A stretch of 64,000 nucleotides of DNA from the human T2T-CHM13v2.0 reference genome, Homo sapiens: NCBI RefSeq assembly GCF_009914755.1, contig NC_060941.1; one strand, 5' to 3'. Within the stretch, counting starts at the first letter, position 1; each line of letters opens with the position of its first letter. A program made the translations under genes and the position numbers. Under the pieces are notes generated by a model. That model searched no databases. It was given only the letters and a program-made list of their open reading frames with translations, and had not been told where the DNA came from. Positions 15,807 through 46,699 of the stretch are shown in pieces.

Positions 15807-17229
15807 TTTTTTCTTTTTTTTTCTTTTTTTTTAACCTCTGAACTTTTTATTGGCCTCCTGCTCCCCAAAGGGTCCCCTGCTTCTGCTGGCTTAAGGTATC
15901 AGAACTTTGGCATCACTGGTCTCAGACACCACTTTGCCATCCAATATCCGGCAGGTGGTAGTCTTTTGGATGGTTTGCATGGAGTTGCTGCTGTCCAGGG
16001 CATCACCAAGATTGAAAGATTGAAGTCCTCACTGTCTTCCAGCAGGCGGTGGTAGGTGGCGATCTCAGCCTCCAGCTTGACCTTGATGTTCAGCAGGGCC
16101 TCATACTCCTGGGCCTAGTGCTGTCCCTCTGCCCGGGTCTGTGCCAGCTCTGACTCCAAGTGCAGCAGGATCCTGTTGAGCTGCTCCGTCCGCAGGGTGT
16201 AACAGGCCTCCACCTCCCTCAGGCTGTTCTCCAAGCTGGCCTTCAGATTGCTCATGGAGTCCAGGTCGATCTCCAAGGACTGGACTGTATGTCTCAGCTC
16301 CGTGAGCGTCATCTCAGCAGCTCCAACCTCGGCAGACTGCGTGGTGACAACTGCGGTGCTCTCCTCAATCTGCGGAGACCAGTACTTGCCCAGCTCCTCT
16401 AAGTTCTTCGGAGCCAGCTCGTCATATTGGGCCCAATGTCTGCCAAGATTTTGGCAAGGTCATGAGATTTGGGGGCATCTACCTCCACAGTCAACCCAGA
16501 GCTGGCAATCTGGGCTTATAGGCCCTTTACTTCCTCTTCATGGTTCTTCTTCATGAAGAGCAGCTTCTCCTTGAGAGCCTTGATCTCTGCTTCCAGCTGC
16601 AGCCAAGTGACATTGGTGTCATCAATGACCTTGTGGAGCCCATGGATGTCACTCTCCACAGACTGGCACATGGCCAGCTCTGTCTCATACTTGACCCTAA
16701 AGTCATCACCAGCAAGACAGGCATTGTCGATCTGCAGAACAATGTGGGCACTGTCCACAGTATTTGCAAAGATCTGAGCCCTCAGGTTCTCGATGGTCTT
16801 GAAGTCATGGCTCCAGTCTCTGACCTGGGGTCCCTTCTTCTCCAGGTGCTCCTGGCTCTCCAGCTTCCAGTTCTTGGTATCCAGGCTCCTAACTCTGTCC
16901 AGGTAGGAGGCCAGGTGGTCGTTGAGGCTTTGCATGGTTTCCTTCTCATTCTGGATGACTCCCATTCCTGCCAGACCCCCGGCCATCACTGCGGGCAGGC
17001 CCCTGGACCCCATGCTGCCCTGGAAGCTGGTGAAGCAGGACATGGAGATCCGGGAACCAGAGCCCCTGATGCCTGCATAGACACTGGCCACACTGCTGAC
17101 CAGCTGGGCACATAGCTGGGTGCCTGGACAGTGCCCAGGGACTGGTAGTTGGTGGAGAGGGTGGAGCAAGTGGTGAAGTTCATGCTGTCCGGGGAGGAGA
17201 GCAAGAGGACAGGACTCAGGTTTTGACGG
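15807..17229 (-). pseudogene. KRT18P55: Keratin 18 processed pseudogene
   Basis: Intronless KRT18 peptides ([54 protein letters not shown]) with ATG at 17183, stop at 15891 and frameshifts. AATAAA near 15846-15851, poly(A) at 15807-15832, and TSD-like gccaat(a/t)ttttt at 15800 and 17229. Symbol from recalled position next to TMEM97. Confidence 0.93.
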
Positions 17230-17462
17230 CCAATTTTTTGTTAAAGCTGAAGGTAAATCTGTAGAAATAAATGTTCTACCTTTAGAAAATAAACATTTAA
17301 AGGCTGTCCAAATAAATACCTTACGCTAAATTTTCTGATACAGTTCTCTTTTCCTTTGAGATTGTTCTCACACATGGATTATAAATACCTAGTAAGAAGA
17401 CTGCAGATTAATTCCCTATAGTAATGAGGTTTGTTTGTTTGTTTGTTTAGAAACAACAATAT

Positions 17463-20215
<2,753 letters not shown>

Positions 20216-20890
20216 AGAAGTCTTACCCTCTCTAGCATGGGATAGACTACCCTCTCTAGCATGGGTGGGTAGTCTTACCCACCCGTGGTGGGCTTGGGTG
20301 ATAATATAACAAAGCAGAGAACTAGTAGCAAATAAGCCAGAGTCACTGTTGCTGTCTTAAAAAGGGTTTATAGAAGCTCTAGGAAGAATTTAAAAATGGA
20401 ACTGCTTTTTAAAAGTTCATGAAACTATTCACCCCTCCTCAACCTGTAATACACATCAACTTTGCATCCAGGTTGCCTCTTACCACTATGAGCATGAAAC
20501 AGGGTTTGGGAGTTAAGAGATCTGGGTTGAAGGTCCAGTTCTACAACAAACAAGCTGGGGGACACTGAGCAAGTCATTTAACTCCTTGGTACTTCCCTCT
20601 CTTCAACTACAAAATAGGGATATTAATAATAACAATTATTTAAAGGATTATAAAACTAAATGAAATATGAAAATGCTGTGTAACCTATACAGCATCACGT
20701 AAGTTTGTTCTTACTTTACTTAAAAGTAGTGGCAACAATCTAGTCATTTTCACTTCACCCACTTTGCCTCTACATTTAGCTCATCAAAGGGCAAAACCTG
20801 TATAGGAAAAAAATGTTCTTGAGATAAGGTTCTTAAGCCCAGCTGCTCATCAAAATTACCTGGAGGGCTTGTTAAATGTAGAGCTTCTTA

Positions 20891-21172
<282 letters not shown>

Positions 21173-22059
21173 TAAATGTAGAGCTTCTTGTGCCCCAGAC
21201 ATACTGAGGTTCTCTAGAGATAAGGTCCAGGACAGGGGACTGATTTTGGACTACATAGGGGACAAATGTGACCCCCTTTACCATTATGGAGATCTCAAAA
21301 ATAGAAGCTTGGCTACTAGCTCCTCTATAAAGTTCATCTAAATGAAATATTTAAGTGTAAAATGTTTATTTTTTCATTTTTTTTCATTTATTCATTCATT
21401 GTTCAGGTAAGTTCAGAAATTTTCAAATAACCTTAAAATGTTACACTGAGACTATAATCCTAGGTGGCAATAATCAGTCCTCTCTAAACGTGGCACAACT
21501 CACACCACTTGCTATTGTCTCACACTCAGTCAATTTCAAATATGTATGCTACCACGAGGCCCCAGCTCCTACCTTCTTTGCTCCCTCCTTCTGAACCAAA
21601 TGGGAGTTACAAGAAAATCCAGTGGGAGTTCTATCTACTGGTTTGAGAAGATTTAGTGAGAAAGGAAAAACTGGATTTTAAACTAATAAACTACATTTGA
21701 AAAGATATTACACTACATGAAAAGATATTACACTTTGTTCTCTTTTCCAGATGTTTAAGCACCATTACTTTGAATTTTGGTGGTAAATTTTAAATGAACT
21801 TTCTAAAGATTTTCTTTAATAAAATAGATTTCTTATAAAACACTTTTTACTTTGTATTCTTATTTTCAGGTTTCATCCCACTTTAAAATACCAATGCTTC
21901 TCATGGAAGAATAAAGTGATTCCACTAACTCACAGACACCTGTGCTCCACGTATCTATCAGCAAGTATAGCTGCATGTACAGAAAATAGTTGCTTGCTTC
22001 TTTATTCTCACAAGCTGAGACTTTTCACTTGTTAATCATTAAAAAAAAAATTGAAATTC

Positions 22060-27836
<5,777 letters not shown>

Positions 27837-28251
27837 CAGAAGTTAGTGCAATATTAATTAGCATTCTAATTTAACCATAAGGCCTAAATTGTAACATTAC
27901 ATGTTTCTATTCTATTGTATTGAATTCAAATCTAGTTTTCTGCCTGTAATCCTAGCACTTTGCAAGGCTGAGGTGGGAATATTGTGTGAGGCCAGGAGCC
28001 TGGGCAATATAGCAAGACCTCATTTCTAGTGGAAAAAAAAATCTAATTTTCATTTAGTCATAAAATGTAGACTAAATATTGTTGAGACTTACCTAATGCA
28101 GGCCTTACTCTACTGTAGTCACCATTTATTTCCTAACTGAAACAAGACTGGGAAGGAGGTATACATAAGCAAAACCGAAGAAATGCCCCAACCCTACTCT
28201 GCTTTCACTCTGCCCACTCTAGGTCTTTTCTAAAACAATTATATTTTTTGA

Positions 28252-28592
<341 letters not shown>

Positions 28593-29083
28593 GATATCAA
28601 ATTTTTTAAATACAGGAAAATGCAACTCAGTTTCCCTTCAGAGAGTCTATCGTTACACAAATTTTTATCTTCATCATCAAGCAAATACAAACATAAATTT
28701 ACAGGCACACTCCTGTATACCCACAGAATGCACCATTTTAATATTTCACAATAAAATGCCTCAGTTTTACTACCCAAGCTGTAGAGAATGTTCATCTCTC
28801 TTAACACATTTTTTCAGCTAATGATTTTATAAAGTAAAATTTTTACATTTATTTATTTCAATCCCAAAACATAATACAATGTTCTTTAAAAGATGTGTGA
28901 GATGTCTGGAGATATATTCCAAATAAAACTAACAAAACTTTGAAAAATCTGCTTCAATATCAACAAAAGGAATGTACGTGTTATTACACAGGAAGCAACT
29001 GTGTGTTATATTAATTATTTAGTAACCAGGAAGAAATGCTTAAGAATTTTATATCCTAAAAATTTTGTTAATTGCATGAATAT

Positions 29084-35530
<6,447 letters not shown>

Positions 35531-36422
35531 CTTGTTCCTCTCAACACACTTGAATTGATCAGACTTCAGCATTCAAACTGTCAAAATCAATTTACAAAAT
35601 TCAAAGAATTCGTCAACAGTAGCACACTTCTCCCCAAAGATGCTCTTATACAATAAGCTCCCCCATGACCAGATGTACAGGCACAATGATTCCCATAATT
35701 TCTGAGGCAGCATTCACATCACATCTGCAAAGAACAAACAGTAGCTCTTGAATCCGAGAGAGCTAAAAAGTGAATGCAGCTGCTTGGTTTCCAACTAGCA
35801 AGAACTCAGAAGCTGAAATAATCCAAATGACTGGTATAGTTAAACAGGGTAACAAATGCAATGGAAACTTTGAGCCATACATTTTCCAGACCTTGATAGG
35901 AACCTGAGAAATAACCTCTCTGCTTAGAGAGCCCTCAGAAACCCCTGCTTTCATTTTATGTTTCATGGGGGTTAATTTTTCTTTCTACCACTACACAGAT
36001 CTCTTATTGCAGAGCAAAAGAGCCAGGGCAATCACCAGCTTCAGGGAGAATTTAAAAGGATAAAAATTAAACTCTGCTACTGGATGATTCTCTTTATAAT
36101 ACTGAAGCCACAATACATTACTAAATAGCACAAATAAAGCATACTCTGATATTCTGCATTCCTTTCACTCCACCCACCCATCACCTCCACCAAAAAAAAA
36201 AAAAAAATTAAAAACAGGTTGAGCCACACACAGTATATTTGACTTGAAAGTTTCGATGACACAGCAGCTTACTCTTGCAAATTACTGGCAAATTTAACAG
36301 TGACTTAAAATACAGTTATAGGAAAAATAGACTAATCTAAGGGTAGAAAGGCAGGGAGGCAGAAAAACCCAAGCACCTTTTTAGAAAGACAACAAATATA
36401 TTCAGGTACAAGATCTGCATCA

Positions 36423-36635
<213 letters not shown>

Positions 36636-37045
36636 CTACATATATGCATGCAAAAAGGTGCTAATAATAGCGTAAATGTGTCCAATAAGAGGGACACTAA
36701 TGTAAAAAGAAAAGCTGGCTAGTATTTTATATGGGAAGAACATATAGGATAAAGGTCCTTTCTGATGGTGTGCTGGGCAACTTTCGTACATAACATTTTA
36801 AAATGGAGAAAAAGGGGAAAGGGAAAAGGGGAAGAATACATTTATGAAGTTTTAAAGTAACATTAAAAAGCATAAAATAGGCCAGACGCGGTGGCTCACC
36901 CTATAATCTCAGCACCTTGGGAGGCCGAGGTGGGCAGATCACCTGAGGTCAGGAGTTCAAGACCAGCCTGACCAACATGGTGAAACTCTGTCTCTACAAA
37001 AATACAAAAATTAACCGAGCATGATGGCAGGTGCCTGTAATCCTA

Positions 37046-37173
<128 letters not shown>

Positions 37174-37379
37174 TCAAAGTACGTATACAGTCATATCTAC
37201 CACCTAAACAGCACCACTTTAAGATTCTTTTTTAAAGATAATATACATTGTGTTTAGTTGTTTTATGTGTCAGGCTTTCATGATACAAAGTAAGTTGTAA
37301 ATGTAAGACTGTCCCACCACTAGAAATGAAAAAAACAATCAGAGCAAAATCCAGGCTAGACTTGATTGGTTTTAGAAAA

Positions 37380-37482
37380 GTGTGTGTATATATATATATA
37401 CATATATATATATACACACACATACATATATATACACACACACATATATATACACACACACATATATAAAATATATATGTAT
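37380..37482. repeat. Compound (TA)n/(CA)n microsatellite
   Basis: Read directly from the sequence. Confidence 0.9.
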
Positions 37483-40400
37483 ATAATCCCAGCTACTTAG
37501 GAGGCTGAGGCAGGAGAATTGCTTGGCCCCAGGGGGCAGAGGTTGCAGTGAGGCAAGATGTCGCCACTGCACTCCAGCCTGGGCGACAAAGCGAGACTCC
37601 CTCTCAAAAAATAAATAAATAAATAAATAAAAAGAACCATTAGTGCACGTAGTGGGGAGAAACCAACATACATAATGTCTCATCTTCCCAGGAGCACACT
37701 GGAAAAGGTATTCCAATGTAAACTACATGAAAAAAATGCTAAAAACAATGATTAAATGTCAGCTTTTGTTTAAGGGGTCAAGCTATCAGAAACATCTGCA
37801 GCTCTTTGTCCAGTTGTTTGCTTTTTACAGTTATTGTGAAGTACGAAGACAAGGCTAAAATAAGCACTAACCGTATCAGAAAAAATGGTGCTATACATTC
37901 AAAGGAAAAGATTGAAAAATTCTAAACACAAGGTATTCTATATGTATTAAAATGTAATTTATAGTATTAATCTAGAAAAGATTAAAAGTCTCAATATAAG
38001 TAATGTTACCAGAAAACAAAGGTAAACCATTTGAAAATAATCTCATATTTCCTGAAATCAATTTATAAAGCTGACTAAACCACAAATTTCTGCATTAAAA
38101 CCAAATATTGCACATTAAATTGTTTGTCTTACATCTCCATATTCAATGATAAAATGTTCTTTGGAGTCATTGAGGAAAGAAAAACATTGTTCTACTGTTA
38201 TCTTCTCTAACTAGAAGTCAGAAGAAAATTAAGCCTTCCAAATGCTCAGTTGTGTTTTGTTTTTAAAGGACAATTTCCTTCTTAAATTTATAATAGCATA
38301 CAACCTACAAAACTGGGCTAAGCAGCTGATTATTTCTTTGATGGGGGAAAATCAGGACACTTTTTTTTTTTTTTTTGATACAGGTTATTGCTCTCTTGCC
38401 CAGGCTGGTGTACAGTGGTACAATTACAGCTAACTGCAGCCTTGACCTTCCGGGCTCAAGCAATCCTCCCACCTCAGCCTCACGAGTAGCTGGAATTACA
38501 GGCACACATGGCCTTGGCTGGCTACTTTTTACATTTTTGTAGAGACAAGGTTTCATTATGTTGCCCAGGATGATCTAGAACTCCTGAGCTCAAGTGATCC
38601 TCCCTCCTCAGCCTCCCAAAGTCCTGGGATTACAGGCATTAGCCCCGGATACTTCTTAAAAAACAAAAACTGGAGGCAAACTATAATGAAAAATTGTTTC
38701 TAAAACAAAACATATATTGTTTTAAATATACATACATATATATATATATATGGTATCATTATGGTACACAAAAGTTTGCTGCAAGTTATTTTTGCTACAT
38801 ATGAACTGAAAGAATTAGAAACACTACTGATGCCAAGTGCTGACTTCCACATTACTATACATCACGAAAACTTAATATAACACTACTGCTGCTGAGGCTT
38901 CTTCCCTTCTCCCCTCCCAAATGAACTGCCAGGAAAAGCATTCCCTTACCCAGTGCTCAGCATCTATTTATAACTTTCTTACCCCCCAAAAAAAAAAGAT
39001 TAAAAGTCTCAATATAAGTAATGTTTGCAGAAAACAAAGGTAAACAGGCCCTTATTTTACTACTATGAAAACAAACTTACCTGTGCAGAAAATCCTTATT
39101 TCATATCATAATTCCTACAACTGAATAATTCTAGAAAGGGCAAGGATAGCAGAATGACTCTAAGAGTATATGGTTGATTATTGTTTAATCTCTCTCTCTC
39201 TCTCTTTTTTTTTTTTTTTGAGACTGAGTCTCACTCTATCGCCTAGGCTGGAGTGCAGTAACTCACTGCAACCTCCACCTCCTGGGTTCAAGGGACTCTT
39301 GTGCCTCAGCCTCCTGAGTAGCTGGGATTACAGGCGCCCACCACTATGCCCAGCTAATTTTTGTATTTTTAGTAGAGAAGACATTTCACCAAGTTGGCCA
39401 GGCTGGTCTCGAACTCCTGACCTCAACTGATCCGCCTGCCTCGGCCTCCCAAAGTGCTGGTATTACAGGTGTGAGCCACCTGCCCGGCCTTGTTTAATCT
39501 CTTAATAGACTCATGTTGTAACTATATTTGGCACCAAGATTTAGGTATTAAACAATGCTGACAAAAATTGTTCCTCCCTCCCATTTTGTTGTTGTCATTA
39601 TTTTTTTTTAAAGGAAACTCAATCTTTGGCTAAGTGGAGATGAGACATTATGCTGACTGTGTTATATTATGAATGCACTAAAATAAACATGCAAATGAAG
39701 CAGTACACTATTTCCGAAAGCAGTCCAAGTGGAGTGAGAGCATTTCCATACAAACCTGGCTTTCAAAACTGGGCTGTCAAAAGAACAGTTAAATGTAACA
39801 CAAAGTGGGCCGGGCGCGGTGGCTGACGCCTGTAATCCCAGCACTTTGGGAGGCCGAGGCAGGCAGATCACGAGGCCAGGAAATCGAGACCATCCTGACT
39901 AACACGGTGAAAACCCATCTCTACTAAAAATACAAAAAATTAGCCAGGCGCGGTGGCAGGCGCCTGTAGTCCCAGCTACTCAGGAGGCTGAGGCAGGAGA
40001 ATGGTGTGAACCCGGGAGGCAGAGCTTGCAGTGAGCCGAGATCACGCCTGGGCGACAGAGCGAGACTCTGTCTCAAAATAAATAAATAAATAAATGTAAC
40101 ACAAAGTAAGAAACTGTCCAATCACAGTTGATTGATGGTCTTTTTTTTAAATCTTGTTTTCAATTCACTGCTTGCAAGTAATGTATGTATTAAAGAAGAG
40201 TGAAAGCATAAGTAAATTCACAAGTCAAGGCCAGCTGAGAGATTCAAGAGCAGCGTGTTGTGACTGACAACAGTGAAAGGAAAAGCAAATGTTAAAGGGA
40301 GAAGGAGAAAACCGAAAAAATTTAAGTTACACACATTAGCGCCATTTTTACAAAACCACTCAAGAGGATGCTGTCACCTTCTCAGAAAAAAAAATGGTAG

Positions 40401-41290
40401 TGGCATTTTTCTTCAAAAACTTTAGGTTAAAACTGTTATTTAATTAAATCTACTTTCTCAGGGACTATAATAAAATAGTGAATAGGCCACTCTAAGTCTT
40501 TCCAATCATAACAAAGGCAACAGAAACAATAGACACTTCTCCCAGTATCCCCTCCCCTCACCAACCTCCCAGGGCAAGTGAATGACCAACACAGAAAACC
40601 TGGAACTTTCCTATCATTTCAAACTACCTGCTTTGGGAGGAAAAGAGGCAGCCCTGTGACTCTGCAGGAAGGGCTAGTATTCAGTCTGGTCCCCTTTCCC
40701 ACCAATAAAAGAAAAACGGTTCTATAAACACTTGTCAAAGTCCAATAGGCTTAGGGTAAGGTTTTATAAACATTCATCAAAAATCCAATAGGCTTAAGGA
40801 TGATGGGTAACACAAGGAGGCACATCAAAATAACTTATAACAAAGTAAAAACAAACCAGACTTGTCTATCTCTGAAATGATCAAAACTTTCTCTGTGAAA
40901 GAACAAGAAATTCAATAACCAGTCTGTGAGAAACAAGCAATCTATTCTCTCTGTTTAGTACTGTGATTTTTTCAATTATTCCCATGGATGCTTTTTTTTT
41001 TTTTTTTTTTTGTGAGATTGAGTCTCACTGTCACCCAGGCTGGAGTGCACTGGCACGATCTCAGCTCACTGCAACTTCTGCCTCCTGGGTAGCTGTGACT
41101 AGAGGCACGTGCCATCATGCCTGGCCAATCGTTTTTTGTATTTTTAGTAGAGGAGGGTTTCCCCATGTTGGCCAGGCTGATCTTGAACTCCTGACCTCAA
41201 GTGATCCGCCCGCTCAGCCTCCCAGTGTTGGGATTACAGGCCTAAGCCACCGCGCCTGGTCCATGGATGCTACTTTTTAATTTTATTTAA

Positions 41291-41407
<117 letters not shown>

Positions 41408-41967
41408 TGAGACCCTGGGATTACAGGCACGTGCCACCACGCCCAGCTAATTTTTGTATTTTTAGTAGAGACAGGGTTTCACCATGTTGGTCAGGCTGGT
41501 CTCAAACTCCTGACCTCATGATCTGCCTGCCTCAGCCTCCCAAAGTGCTGGGATTATATTACAGGCCTAAGCCACCACACCCGGCCCATGGATGCTATTT
41601 ATAACACTAAGTTGGTACAACTAGCTTATGGCTCAAACATGTAATCTAGACAGAACAAGAGCAATGAATACTAAATTTCTTTCTTACCTTTTCTTTTTTT
41701 TTTTTTTGAGACAGGGTCTTGCTCTGTCACCCAGGCTGGGGTGCAGTGGCACAGTCACACAGCTCCTGCATCCTTGACCTGCCGGGCTCCCACGCCCAGC
41801 CAATTTATTTCTAAACTAGTAATTATTTTGAAAAATAATTTTTTAAAAAGTAACTCTTTACTTAGTTTCAGTTACTATAATAATGACTAAAAATCTTTTG
41901 GCTTTTTTTTAAAAAATATATATAATTTGGGGTTTAATTATAATCTCATAGAACCAAAAATAAATTA

Positions 41968-42383
<416 letters not shown>

Positions 42384-42521
42384 TCAAGAGTTAACTTGAT
42401 ATAATTTAAATGGACATGGAAGAATTGCAAAGGAATCCTAACTTTTAATTAATAAGGCAACTGAATTTTGACAAAGGGTAATAAGCAAAAAGCTGGTTTT
42501 CTACATAATTCAGAGTTCTCA

Positions 42522-42779
<258 letters not shown>

Positions 42780-44014
42780 TCAGGCAACAGAAATAAGATT
42801 CCTCTTATCTTGTGTGTACTACTTCTTTTTCTCGTCTTACATATTTGTTTATTCTCCCATATCCTGTGTCCTACTTCTATCTAACACAATGTAGGCTACG
42901 AAGCTCCTCCTCCTCCTCCCTAAACTACCACATCACAAATAATACATATATTTATGTATTTCGGAAGTAAATTTTCATTAGAAGTATAATTATTAATATA
43001 CATTTCTGAACATGCATTTATTTATTTAAAAAAATTAAATATCCAGCCTGAGTACTATGTACTATTTGCTATTTTAAGTAAAGAAGGTAGCACTATTTAA
43101 TAAATAAGGCATATATCAATTCTACTCCTATTCATTGAGATTATTCAACAATGATTACTCAATTAGACTGCCTCTGATAGTGTTCTCCCTATGATGTGTG
43201 CTAGAAAAAATCCTGGACATTGTGAGAGGTAAAATAGCATCAGTCTCATGTGCCACAGGAATAAATTTTCCAAAAATCTTTTAAGACTTCAGCCTCCAAG
43301 AAGGCTTAAAAATGTTAAATATCATTTAATTTAGTGGTTTAAAAAAAATCTTTGTTGTGTGTAGTAATGATGAATACTAGGTTGCAAATTTCATTTAATT
43401 AAATTTCCTGCTACTGTTGAGTACCCACAGAATTATAGCTTGTGTAAGGATATTAACCAACCATGCACCTTGTAGAATATGGTACTGGGAGGTTGATTCT
43501 GATAGCTCTGATCTGAAACTTTGACCCCCCCCACCCCGAGTTTTAAAATTAAAATGGAAAAATTATTTTTCAAATACAAGATACTGATCTAGCCTACAGA
43601 TTTCATTATTGTGATAATCCCCAAAATAATACAGAACAAGACACAAACCAGTGATTTTTAGCTTAGCAAAGTGAGCTTGGCATTTTATCCTTATGTCAAA
43701 ACACAAGACTAGGCTTTCAGTGAAACAGCAGATGAGAATTCTCCCTCTGCAGTATTATCACATGCACCATCAATTACTGCCATGCCTAAGTCTAGCATCA
43801 TGCCAGCACATTAAGATAGAAGGTACTCTATGCAGTTTTCACTGGACCAGAAGGACAGAAATAAGAAAGGGAGGTGGAGTCCAGGCGTGGTGGCTCATGC
43901 CTGTAATCCTGGCACTTTGGGAGGCCCAGGCAGGGGGATCACCCAAGGTCAAGAGTTCGAGACCAGCCTGGCCAACATGGTGAAACCTCATCTCTGTTAA
44001 AAATACAAAAATTA

Positions 44015-44146
<132 letters not shown>

Positions 44147-44153
44147 TCAAAAA

Positions 44154-44186
<33 letters not shown>

Positions 44187-44740
44187 AAACGGGCGGGGAG
44201 CGAGGGAGATGGAGAGAAAGAAGAGAAGAAATTTTAAAAAGGCAGACTGTGCAAAACAAACCAGATCATGGCTGCTTAGCTAATATGGGCCAACTGCTAT
44301 GGAAGAAAAATGTTGTACACCCCAAGTTGTGTAAGTTTCTATAAACATCTAAACACACACACAAACACACAAAACACCAACCTAATTAGGAACATTAATA
44401 TATGTTGATCCTTTACTATGTTACAGTTTTGAAAATAAAAGCTAAAGTTAAACTATCTGCACTCTCTAAATTGCCTTATTTTCCTAAGAAGCTAGTGTTT
44501 CTTAAGAGGAAGAGGGCTTGTCATGATGGTTATAATGATTAAGATTCCCTCTTTGACCTTTTTTCCCCACTCAAGTTTTACCAATAACTCACTGAAACCC
44601 TTATTAAATATGTGCACTTAAGCACAAACAGTAAATGCCAATGATAATGACAATTTCATTTTAACAATGGATGTGTTATTTAAAAATAATGTTTTTCAAA
44701 ATAAAAATAATGTTAAAAAATTTAGACTTTTTTTTTTTGA

Positions 44741-45051
<311 letters not shown>

Positions 45052-45962
45052 TAAGAGCCAGGTAAATAAATCTCCTTGTTCTATTGCTTGATATCATCAG
45101 TGTCTAAAACTAAGCAGTGTGAAAAGATAGAAATAATCAACTTTTGACAAAAACTAGACATTTCTTAAGCCACAGAGCCCAAACTTGCCATGTTTCACAA
45201 GAGTCTGATAAATAAAACTTATTACTCCTTAACTGTTTCTTCTCTTTTTTTCTTTCTTTTTTTTTCTTTTGAGAGGGAGATTCATTCTGTTGCTCAGGCT
45301 GGAGTGCAGTGGAACAATTTCGACTAACTGCAACCTCCACCTCCTGGGTTCAAGCAATTCTCGTTCCTCAGCTTCCAGAGTAGCTAGGATTACAGGGGTG
45401 TGCCACCACGCCCAGCTAATTTTTATATTTTTGTAGAGATGGGGTTCACCACGTTGGCCAGGCTGCTCTCAAATTCCCGACCTCAGGTGATCCGCCCACC
45501 TCGACCCCCCAAAGTGCTGCAATACAGGCATGAGCCACTGCACCCAGCCCTTAACTGTTTCTAATGGAACTTAAAATTTTTTTTTTCCATATTCTACTTA
45601 TGTAGGAACATTTCATACATAATTATGTTGCTCAGGAAAGGTGAATCTATAAAGGATCAAAATACATTTTACTCCTTTATTCAATTCACAAAATGCTAAA
45701 CTTTAACTTGTTACCTTCAACAAAATATTAGTATGGGCCAAAAAGATGTTTTTCCCCCATCAAAATTCTAATGTGTTTTTAGATTGTTTTGGACCGATTT
45801 CCCAACATATTAAATATTAGATTACATCCCAAACTCTATCTGGTTACTGTATGGCATGGAAGAAAACAACTCTAAACTGTATTGGTTATTAATAAGTTTA
45901 ACTTCATTCACATTAAGTGTCACACAAACACTACCTACCTAACTGGCTAAGACCCGAAATTA

Positions 45963-46070
<108 letters not shown>

Positions 46071-46699
46071 TCACAGCTATTTTTCAAGAGCAATAAATGT
46101 CAAATTTATTAACAGCCTAACCAAACTAAGAGTTATTTTTAAGTTTGTTTTTTTGTTGTTGTTGTTGTTTTTTTTTTTTTACCTAAAAGGAGACTGCAAT
46201 CATTCTTTTTCAGTAGACAATCAAAACCACACCACAAATTCCAACTTTAAAAAATTTATAAAAACGTATTAGGGCTGGGCACAGTGGCTCACGCCTGTAA
46301 TCCCAGCACTTTGGGAGGCCGAGGCAGGAAGATCACTCGAACCCAAGAGTTCAAAACCAGCCTGGGCAACACAGTGAAAACCTGTTTCTGGAAAAAAAAA
46401 ATTAATTAGCCACACATGGTGGTGTGAGCCTGTAGTCCCAGCTATTCAGGAGGCTGAGGTGGGAGGATCACTTGAACCCAGGAGGTCGAGGCTGCAGTGA
46501 GCTGTCATCAAGCCACTGCACTCCAAGCCTGGGTGACAGAACGAGACCCTATTTCAAACAAAACAAAACACAATTTATTAGGAATCTAGGCCCAGTAATC
46601 TGAACTTTTCTTCTAACAAATGTTGAAATTGTAAACTAAAACACTATCAACCATTTGGGACACCAATTGTCTTAGACTGACTACATTAGGAAGACTATG

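Noticed and set aside
16160-17115. Plus-strand ORFs of 80-191 aa
   Set aside because: Antisense shadows of the KRT18 coding frame.
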